IMG/VR virus record: IMGVR_UViG_3300045988_062617
Location: 1-16,869 of that record
Strand: one strand, 5' to 3'
Source: a virus
Length of the DNA stretch: 16,869 nucleotides
Position 1 is the first letter of the stretch. Every line of letters begins with the position of its first letter. Both the position numbers and the translations under genes were made by a program. Positions 1-5,548 of this stretch are shown here, piece by piece. The notes beneath the pieces are model-generated. The model did no database searches, was not told the DNA's origin, and saw only the letters and a list, made by a program, of their open reading frames with translations.

Positions 1-27
1 TTTGCCCCATTAAATTTCAAACCCCCT
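1..27. repeat. Left inverted terminal repeat (ITR), 27 bp
   Basis: nt 1-27 (TTTGCCCCATTAAATTTCAAACCCCCT) are the exact reverse complement of nt 16843-16869. The match stops at position 28. The ITRs sit at the extreme ends of the window, and the genome carries a terminal-protein / family-B polymerase gene pair. Confidence 0.9.
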
Positions 28-62
28 CCACAATTTCCCCCAAAAAAGTTGCATACAAGTAC

Positions 63-91
63 TTGACAAGTGACCGCACCTATGATATAAT
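63..91 (+). promoter_or_regulatory. Early promoter P1 (sigma-A type, extended -10)
   Basis: TTGACA at 63-68, a 17-nt spacer, then TGaTATAAT with TATAAT at 86-91. It shares ACTTGACAA and the 25-nt block ATATAATAAAGGTACAAAGAAAGGA with P2. Confidence 0.7.
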
Positions 92-155
92 AAAGGTACA
101 AAGAAAGGAAGGAAAGGGATACAAAAAATAAAATAAAATAAAGTACAAAAGGTAC

Positions 156-184
156 TTGACAATTAGCTGAATATGTAATATAAT
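156..184 (+). promoter_or_regulatory. Early promoter P2 (sigma-A type)
   Basis: TTGACA at 156-161, a 17-nt spacer, TATAAT at 179-184. It is followed by the RBS AAAGGAG and the ATG at 212. Confidence 0.75.
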
Positions 185-211
185 AAAGGTACAAAGAAAG
201 GAGAAATAAAG

Positions 212-478
212 ATGAAAAATATTAAACCAGTTTTAAGTACAGATAATTTATGTAATTCAATTAGTTTATATGTAAGTTATGCTTTAATAGCATATAGTGA
301 GGGTAAGGATTGGAAGTGTTACGTTAGAATGTCTAACGCATTACTTAGAACGATAACATTAGAGGGTTTTAAAAGTGGTGCTGATTTCAGCAAAGCATGG
401 GATGAGCTTATACGTATTACAGGGTTTAACAGATTGCATACTAATATGGAAATAAGCGATTATTTAAATTCATTATAA
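212..478 (+). CDS. Hypothetical early protein, 88 aa (ORFan)
   Basis: ATG preceded by AAAGGAG. It is the first gene after the tandem promoters. No motif recognised. Confidence 0.65.
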   Translation: MKNIKPVLSTDNLCNSISLYVSYALIAYSEGKDWKCYVRMSNALLRTITLEGFKSGADFSKAWDELIRITGFNRLHTNMEISDYLNSL

Positions 479-489
479 GGGGTATCACT

Positions 490-723
490 ATGAGTAAAAA
501 AGAGCAAGCTTTAATCAATGATGAAACACCTAGTTTCTACGTGTTGAGAAGTTACAATACAGTAGTAGCAATTATTGAGAAAAGTACAGATACATGTTAT
601 GACTTTCTTCAGTTAGTATACGGATACACAAATACGTCCGGACAGCACATCTGCAAGTTTGTTAAAGACTACGGTCGTGGTAAGTGGGGTTGTGCACAAC
701 GTGTAACATACCGTGAAGTATAA
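490..723 (+). CDS. Hypothetical early protein, 77 aa
   Basis: ATG preceded by AAGGGG and tightly packed behind the previous ORF. No function assignable from the sequence. Confidence 0.65.
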   Translation: MSKKEQALINDETPSFYVLRSYNTVVAIIEKSTDTCYDFLQLVYGYTNTSGQHICKFVKDYGRGKWGCAQRVTYREV

Positions 724-729
724 CTACTA

Positions 730-791
730 GGGTGCGTGGTCGGCACGATTACAGTTTCAACACTGTACGCCCTTTAGCACCACTAAGGTGC
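730..791 (+). repeat. 62-nt structured intergenic element, copy 1 (three-way junction plus hairpin)
   Basis: 59/62 nt identical to 1331-1392. Predicted stems: P1 730-734/768-772, P2 735-738/744-747, P3 750-755/762-767, P4 777-781/787-791. All three substitutions between the copies fall in hairpin loops. Confidence 0.8.
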
Positions 792-832
792 AGAAAACAA
801 ACAACACTACAATAGAAAGAAGAGGTATTACT

Positions 833-1132
833 ATGGCAAGAGAAAAAATGGTGACAAGGACAGTAACCCAGACAACGGCAGAAGTTATGACAATTGATGT
901 TACAACGGCAGAAGTGCAGATACGTGAGTACACTATCGGTGGTACTTATGACACTAACGAAACACTACTAAAAAAACTTCAGAAGCTTTTCCAGACCGAT
1001 ACATTTAAGCTTGTAAACATCAACACCACCACTGTAGAGGATTTACTACTCGGAATGACAGAAGAGGACTTCATTAAATACGCTACAGTTCTTCCACCTA
1101 GAAGTGCTAAAAAAGAAAGTGAGGAGAGTTAA
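833..1132 (+). CDS. phi29 p6-like histone-like dsDNA-binding protein, paralogue 1 (99 aa)
   Basis: The ATG at 833, with RBS GAAGAGG, is preferred over the track start at 788. MAREKMVTRTVTQTT...MTEEDFIKYATVLPP with an acidic C-tail resembles phi29 p6 as recalled from memory (..REITKTTVNV...YELPVEKFLEVATV.., acidic tail). It is also clearly paralogous to 1976-2314. Confidence 0.6.
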   Translation: MAREKMVTRTVTQTTAEVMTIDVTTAEVQIREYTIGGTYDTNETLLKKLQKLFQTDTFKLVNINTTTVEDLLLGMTEEDFIKYATVLPPRSAKKESEES

Positions 1133-1133
1133 C

Positions 1134-1301
1134 ATGAAAAAGTCAAATACAGTGCGGATAATGGTTGAATTTAAAGATTCTGATTCAGAGCGTTTTGTAA
1201 CAGACTCATTTTCGCTTGATTCTGGTGTACTGACAATCAAGCAAGGTTATGGCAAGAGTACATTACGGTTAGACTTCATCAAGTCAATTTACATATTCTA
1301 A
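1134..1301 (+). CDS. Hypothetical small early protein, 55 aa
   Basis: The ATG at 1134 is preceded by GAGGAG. The track start at 1104 lies inside the previous gene and lacks an RBS. No motif recognised. Confidence 0.5.
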   Translation: MKKSNTVRIMVEFKDSDSERFVTDSFSLDSGVLTIKQGYGKSTLRLDFIKSIYIF

Positions 1302-1330
1302 GAATTCATAAAGTTAGTCAAAACTAACAA

Positions 1331-1392
1331 GGGTGCGTGGTTGGCACGATTACAGTTTCAACACTGTACGCCCTTTAGCACCAACAAGGTGC
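1331..1392 (+). repeat. 62-nt structured intergenic element, copy 2
   Basis: Same fold as copy 1: P1 1331-1335/1369-1373, P2 1336-1339/1345-1348 with loop GUUGG, P3 1351-1356/1363-1368 with loop UUCAAC, P4 1378-1382/1388-1392. It lies 43 nt upstream of the next start codon; copy 1 lies 41 nt upstream of its own. Confidence 0.8.
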
Positions 1393-1435
1393 GATAACTA
1401 ATCAAAATAAAACCAGAAAGAAAGAGGGAACAAAA

Positions 1436-1693
1436 ATGAGTAAACACTATGTAAAGTTAGTAAAGGAAATGATTAAAGAGGACATCAAGGATGATGTAGT
1501 CATATCAGTTGTAAACGGAACTCTTGTGGTAGACATATATGTAAATCACTGTTTATGTTGGCACACGGCTATACCACGTATCGAATTGCGAGCTAGTTCA
1601 TATATGACAGCGAAAATCGTGGCAGACACAGTAAAAAATCAATACAGACAGTTCATTTTGGATAAGTATTTTGTTCGGAAAAAATTCAAATAA
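1436..1693 (+). CDS. Hypothetical early protein, 85 aa
   Basis: ATG preceded by AAGAGGG. No motif recognised. Confidence 0.6.
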   Translation: MSKHYVKLVKEMIKEDIKDDVVISVVNGTLVVDIYVNHCLCWHTAIPRIELRASSYMTAKIVADTVKNQYRQFILDKYFVRKKFK

Positions 1694-1697
1694 ATAC

Positions 1698-1726
1698 TTG
1701 ACAATAATTACGGTATATGCTATTAT
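1698..1726 (+). promoter_or_regulatory. Early promoter P3 (sigma-A type, extended -10)
   Basis: TTGACA at 1698-1703 within ACTTGACAA, a 17-nt spacer, then TGcTATTAT with the -10 at 1721-1726. It begins five nt after the stop codon of the previous ORF. Confidence 0.7.
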
Positions 1727-1732
1727 ATAATT

Positions 1733-1928
1733 GTAGCAAGGGTATAAGCAAAAAAATCTTAGTTACGTTGCCATAGGTGGTGTAGACTCCCAACCCTCTA
1801 CATCACCTGCCCCCTTAGTAGGTGTAGTTTATTGGTAAAATGCGTGAATCTTAAATAAACAATATCATCGCTCATTCACGTGAAACAGGTTCAATACCTG
1901 TCACCTGCTCTAGTGCTTTATAGCACTA
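1733..1928 (+). ncRNA. Candidate structured non-coding RNA or long leader (possible prohead-RNA analogue)
   Basis: No credible ORF lies between P3 and the ATG at 1976. Predicted structure: a 12-13-bp hairpin (1774-1786/1797-1809) with the C-rich loop CUCCCAACCC; a three-way junction closed by 1817-1824/1902-1909 that encloses hairpins 1843-1849/1874-1880 and 1885-1890/1896-1901; and a terminal hairpin 1911-1917/1922-1928. The ends and the function are not established. Confidence 0.35.
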
Positions 1929-1975
1929 AACTATATCTTGACGTTTTAAAAAATAAAGAAAGAGAGGAAAAAAAC

Positions 1976-2314
1976 ATGGCAAGAGTACCAATGGTAACAC
2001 GAACAATCACCACAACAAAAGTCAACGTAATGTGTTTAGACATTGAGACAGGGGAGCCTTGTAACAAGTGTGTAGTAGTTCCACGTACTTGCAAGGATGA
2101 TGAAAAACTTCTCAAGAAAACGAAAGAAGTTCTTGAAACGGAAACTTTGAAACCGGTACACGTTGTTGATAAGGAAGAGATTGAAACGCTCTACGGTATG
2201 ACAGAGCAGGAGTTCATTAAACACGCTAAAATCCTTCCACCGCGTTCATTATCTAGTGAAGAAGCGAAAACTTATTATGCAGAGAAAGAAGCAGAAGAAA
2301 ACGTAACAGAATAA
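1976..2314 (+). CDS. phi29 p6-like histone-like dsDNA-binding protein, paralogue 2 (112 aa)
   Basis: The ATG at 1976, with RBS AGAGAGGA, is preferred over the track start at 1880. MARVPMVTRTITTTKVNV...YGMTEQEFIKHAKILPP with an acidic C-tail. It has the same architecture as 833-1132 and as phi29 p6 recalled from memory. Confidence 0.65.
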   Translation: MARVPMVTRTITTTKVNVMCLDIETGEPCNKCVVVPRTCKDDEKLLKKTKEVLETETLKPVHVVDKEEIETLYGMTEQEFIKHAKILPPRSLSSEEAKTYYAEKEAEENVTE

Positions 2315-2341
2315 CAGAAAAAAAGAAAGAGGTAAAAGATT

Positions 2342-2698
2342 ATGGTAGAAATCAAAGAATGTAGCAGAGAATTTTCAGAAGTTGAGCAGTATCTTATGAC
2401 GATTGCACCGTCAATCATTTCAATGAAAGACGTACCAGATGGAACACATATTACAGTTGACGGTATTCTTACATTCGAGGATACCAAAGAGTCAACAGGT
2501 GAGATTGCTAATATTCTTTCAGTCATCACACCAGAAAAGAAAGTATATTCCTGCCAGTCATCAACGTTTAAACGTTCAATTCGAGATATTTCAAATATCA
2601 TGAAAGGTAAAACGTTCACGATAGTGAAAACATCTGGCAAGACAAAAGCAGGGCGTGACTTTATCAACTGCGAGTTAGATGTAGAAAGCATTAAGTAA
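2342..2698 (+). CDS. Putative phi29 p5-like single-stranded DNA-binding protein (118 aa)
   Basis: RBS AAGAGG. It sits between the p6-like and terminal-protein genes, as gene 5 does in phi29. The segments VPDGTHITVDGILTF and KTFTIVKTSGKTKAGRDFINCEL resemble phi29 p5 segments recalled from memory (LPDGTIIEANAIAQY, ETFKVKVVQGTSSKGNVFFSLQL). Confidence 0.55.
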   Translation: MVEIKECSREFSEVEQYLMTIAPSIISMKDVPDGTHITVDGILTFEDTKESTGEIANILSVITPEKKVYSCQSSTFKRSIRDISNIMKGKTFTIVKTSGKTKAGRDFINCELDVESIK

Positions 2699-2710
2699 CT
2701 TATAAATATT

Positions 2711-2745
2711 AACAGCGTGTGCTTTAATCGGTACACGCTGTTTTT
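2711..2745 (+). terminator. Intrinsic terminator inside the early operon
   Basis: The stem CAGCGTGT (2713-2720) pairs with ACACGCTG (2733-2740). It is extended by A-U pairs and followed by TTTTT at 2741-2745. Confidence 0.75.
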
Positions 2746-2768
2746 AGACAAGAGGGTGATTTTTTTTC

Positions 2769-3359
2769 ATGGCAAAAAGAAAAAAGAAAGTATCAGTTTA
2801 TACACGTAACAGAAACCGTATCAACAGCTACATAAGACGATTAAACAAAAAAGGACTTATAACCGAACTGTATTTCCCGACAGAAAGAGAACTAAAATTG
2901 CAAGGAATAAAAGGTGTAGAGTTAACTCGTTACACCAATGAGTTGAAAAAGGTAACGCCAGATTTCTTAAAAGGTGAAGCAATTCCAATACCAAAAATGC
3001 CTCAGAACTTTAACGAAAATGGTGATTTAAAAGTCGGTGATGACGGTATGTTTAATAGGACAGTAATAGCAGACATAAAAAATAACATATCACACTATCC
3101 TAAAGAGATAGCTGATAAAGTTACTTCTTTAATTGACCAGTTAATCACGCAGCAGGGTATAGATGATGTAGTAGAAGCTATCATGTCAACACCAGATTTA
3201 CATTACTATTTGAATAAAAATAAATATGATAGTGAAGCAGCATTGGAAGATTACGCTACAGGAATTATAAACGCACTACCTAATGCAAGTGACCAGTATA
3301 AAATGGACTTAGCTGACGCTTTCGAGTTTAATGAATTAGGCTATACAATTGAAGATTAA
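2769..3359 (+). CDS. Putative terminal protein (protein primer), 196 aa
   Basis: It lies immediately upstream of, and overlaps, the protein-primed DNA polymerase gene, which is the phi29 gene 3/gene 2 arrangement. It has a strongly basic N-terminus (MAKRKKKVSVYTRNRNRINSYIRRLNKKG) and an acidic C-terminal region. The C-terminal AFEFNELGYTIED loosely resembles the phi29 TP segment around the priming Ser232 as recalled from memory (SFEEFDSEGNTVE). Confidence 0.6.
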   Translation: MAKRKKKVSVYTRNRNRINSYIRRLNKKGLITELYFPTERELKLQGIKGVELTRYTNELKKVTPDFLKGEAIPIPKMPQNFNENGDLKVGDDGMFNRTVIADIKNNISHYPKEIADKVTSLIDQLITQQGIDDVVEAIMSTPDLHYYLNKNKYDSEAALEDYATGIINALPNASDQYKMDLADAFEFNELGYTIED

Positions 3360-5331
3360 AAAGTACAGATATTTTATGTGCGACTTTGAAACAACTGTTT
3401 ACAAAGGACAAGAGTTCACAGAGGTATGGGCGTCTGCTTCGGTAGAACTATTCACAGAAGATGTACAAATATTTCACTCAATTGATGAACAATTTAATTA
3501 CTTTGTAAGTCAAGATTGTAATATCGTAGCATATTATCATAACTTAAAGTTTGATGGTTCATTCTGGTTATCATATTTGATGATAGATAAAGGATTCAAA
3601 CAGGCATACAGAAAAACAGGTGAAGCTATAAACGAGGTAGAGTGGTTACAGGAAAAATTTATGGAAAACAATTCCTTTAAATATAGTATATCAGATAAAG
3701 GAATGTGGTACACCATTATTATAAAAGTAAATAACCACTTTATTGAAATAAGGGATTCACTAAAGCTTTTACCATTTAGTGTTAAAAAAATTGGTGATAA
3801 TTTTGGTACAAAGCATAAAAAGCTTGATATGGAATACACAGGTTTTCGATATGCAGGGTGTGAGATAACAGACAGTGAAAAAGAATACATTGGTAATGAT
3901 GTTCTTGTTGTTAAAGAAGCACTTGAAATTATGTTCAACGAGGGTCACGATAAACTAACAATAGGTTCTTGTTGTTTGGAAGAATACAAAGAGATGTGTA
4001 AGAAATCACTCAAGAATCAGTTAGAGTACAAGGAAATGTTTCCAGATGTATATAATGTAAGTATTAACCCTACAGAATATACATACGAAAATGCCGGAGA
4101 TTATATAAGAAAATCATACCGAGGTGGTTGGTGTTATTTAGTAAAAGGAAAAGAGAACAAGATAAAAACAAATGGAACTACGGCTGACGTAAATTCTCTG
4201 TATCCATCTATGATGTCATCTGAATCTGGAAACAGGTATCCAGTTGGTAAGCCTTGCTTCTGGAAAGGAAACTATATTCCAGACGAAGCTATAGCCGATA
4301 ATAAGTATTATTTTGTTAGAGTTAAAACAAGATTTTATATCAAGAGAGATAAGTTACCATTTATCCAGATAAAAAGTTCTTACTTATATAAAGGTACAGA
4401 AGCACTGGAATCGTCAGATATTTATGACAGTAAAACAGATTCTTACTTTTCATTCTATAAAGATAAGGACGGTATATTAAGAGATACAAGGGTTGAATTA
4501 GTCTTGACAATGACAGATTATCAGTTATTGAAAGACCACTATGATTTAGTTGATTTTGAAATACTTGACGGTTGTTGGTTTTACGCCTTAACAGGTATCT
4601 TTGATGAATACATAGAAAAGTATAAACATCAGAAACTTGTTAGTAAAGGTGCGTTGCGTGAGTTGGCTAAACTTTTTCTTAATAATCTGTACGGAAAAAT
4701 GGCATCAAGTAAAGATTCATCATTCAAACTAGCGTATGTGAAAGATGATAAAACTATCGGGTTTTTACCAGTTACAGAATCAAACAAGAAACCTGGTTAT
4801 ATTCCTGTCGGTTCAGCTATCACAAGCTATGCTAGAAATTTTACTATCAGGGCGGCACAGGCGAATTATCATGGTGTAGATAACCCCGGTTTTATTTATG
4901 CAGATACAGACAGCATACACTGTGATTTACCACCAGAAGAAATAGTTGGAATCAAAGTACATGATAAAAACTTTTGTTGTTGGAAATTGGAATCATGTTG
5001 GGATAAAGCTATCTTTGCAAGACAGAAAACCTACATTGAGCACGTAGTTGCAGAGAATCTCGAACCAATAGAAGAACCATACAACAATATAAAGTGTGCA
5101 GGCATGCCAAAACGTTGTAAAGATTTATTTGAATTATCGTTGGCATGTGACGCAGATAAAAATAAAGAATGGAGTGATGAAGAAAAAGAATTTCTATTTG
5201 ACGAAGATAACAATCCTATTAAACGTGATTATAGTTCATTTAAAATAGGATTAAAAGTACCAGGAAAATTGAGACCAAAGAGGATACGTGGCGGTGTATT
5301 ACTCGTAGAAACGTCATATGAAATGAGGTAA
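3349..5331 (+). CDS. Protein-primed family-B DNA polymerase (phi29 gp2-like), 660 aa
   Basis: Motifs present: Exo I DFETT, Exo II YYHNLKFDGSF, Exo III YIGNDVLVV, motif A DVNSLYPSMM, motif B KLFLNNLYGKMA, motif C YADTDSIH, and KxY RQKTYIE. The track start is a TTG at 3349 that overlaps the TP stop codon. An ATG at 3376 (MCDFETT) is the alternative start. Confidence 0.95.
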   Translation: MKIKKYRYFMCDFETTVYKGQEFTEVWASASVELFTEDVQIFHSIDEQFNYFVSQDCNIVAYYHNLKFDGSFWLSYLMIDKGFKQAYRKTGEAINEVEWLQEKFMENNSFKYSISDKGMWYTIIIKVNNHFIEIRDSLKLLPFSVKKIGDNFGTKHKKLDMEYTGFRYAGCEITDSEKEYIGNDVLVVKEALEIMFNEGHDKLTIGSCCLEEYKEMCKKSLKNQLEYKEMFPDVYNVSINPTEYTYENAGDYIRKSYRGGWCYLVKGKENKIKTNGTTADVNSLYPSMMSSESGNRYPVGKPCFWKGNYIPDEAIADNKYYFVRVKTRFYIKRDKLPFIQIKSSYLYKGTEALESSDIYDSKTDSYFSFYKDKDGILRDTRVELVLTMTDYQLLKDHYDLVDFEILDGCWFYALTGIFDEYIEKYKHQKLVSKGALRELAKLFLNNLYGKMASSKDSSFKLAYVKDDKTIGFLPVTESNKKPGYIPVGSAITSYARNFTIRAAQANYHGVDNPGFIYADTDSIHCDLPPEEIVGIKVHDKNFCCWKLESCWDKAIFARQKTYIEHVVAENLEPIEEPYNNIKCAGMPKRCKDLFELSLACDADKNKEWSDEEKEFLFDEDNNPIKRDYSSFKIGLKVPGKLRPKRIRGGVLLVETSYEMR

Positions 5332-5335
5332 AAAT

Positions 5336-5515
5336 ATGGAATTTGAATTTAAAGATATGAAATGTAAATGTGGTAATAATAAATTTGAAACGATGAAAAA
5401 AGGGTGTCAAACAGGACTATATTGTGCTAGTTGTGGGAAATGGATAAAGTGGTTAAGCAAAGACGATAAAAATTTAATTAAATTGAAATTAAATTCAATA
5501 TATGGTGTGAAATAA
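5336..5515 (+). CDS. Small zinc-ribbon protein, 59 aa (absent from the ORF track because it is under 60 aa)
   Basis: The ATG at 5336 lies 7-8 nt after GAGG. Translation: MEFEFKDMKCKCGNNKFETMKKGCQTGLYCASCGKWIKWLSKDDKNLIKLKLNSIYGVK. It has a CxC...CxxC four-cysteine motif. Stop codon TAA at 5513-5515. Confidence 0.55.
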   Translation: MEFEFKDMKCKCGNNKFETMKKGCQTGLYCASCGKWIKWLSKDDKNLIKLKLNSIYGVK

Positions 5516-5518
5516 CAA

Positions 5519-5548
5519 TTAGTTGATACTTATTATGAAATGAGGTAA
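5519..5548 (+). pseudogene. Relic copy of the DNA polymerase 3' end
   Basis: TTAGTTGATACTTATTATGAAATGAGGTAA translates as LVDTYYEMR*, against LVETSYEMR* at the true polymerase C-terminus (5302-5331). The 16-mer TATGAAATGAGGTAAA is identical at 5317-5332 and 5534-5549. Confidence 0.55.

Noticed and set aside
788-832. Upstream-extended starts given by the ORF track: 788 for 833, 1104 for 1134, 1880 for 1976, 10847 for 10895, 6881 for 6827, and 13332 for 13344
   Set aside because: The extensions lack Shine-Dalgarno sequences. They run through structured RNA elements, promoters or the preceding gene. In each case an internal ATG has a well-spaced GGAG-type RBS and an N-terminus matching its paralogue or homologue.
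1938-1943. A -35-like TTGACG upstream of the second p6-like gene
   Set aside because: No -10-like hexamer occurs 16-18 nt downstream; that sequence is AGAGAG, part of the RBS. An additional promoter here is not supported.
1740-1960. A tRNA or a known riboswitch in the long non-coding stretch
   Set aside because: I could draw no cloverleaf with the proper arm lengths or a T-loop GTTCRA motif. I recognised no conserved core of a riboswitch class. It is kept only as an unclassified structured RNA candidate.
2275-2751. 158-aa ORF on the - strand covering the whole SSB-like gene
   Set aside because: It lies antisense to a + strand gene that has a good RBS and operon context. It starts inside the terminator hairpin region and has no RBS or promoter. 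Its low-complexity hydrophobic translation is typical of a shadow ORF in AT-rich DNA.
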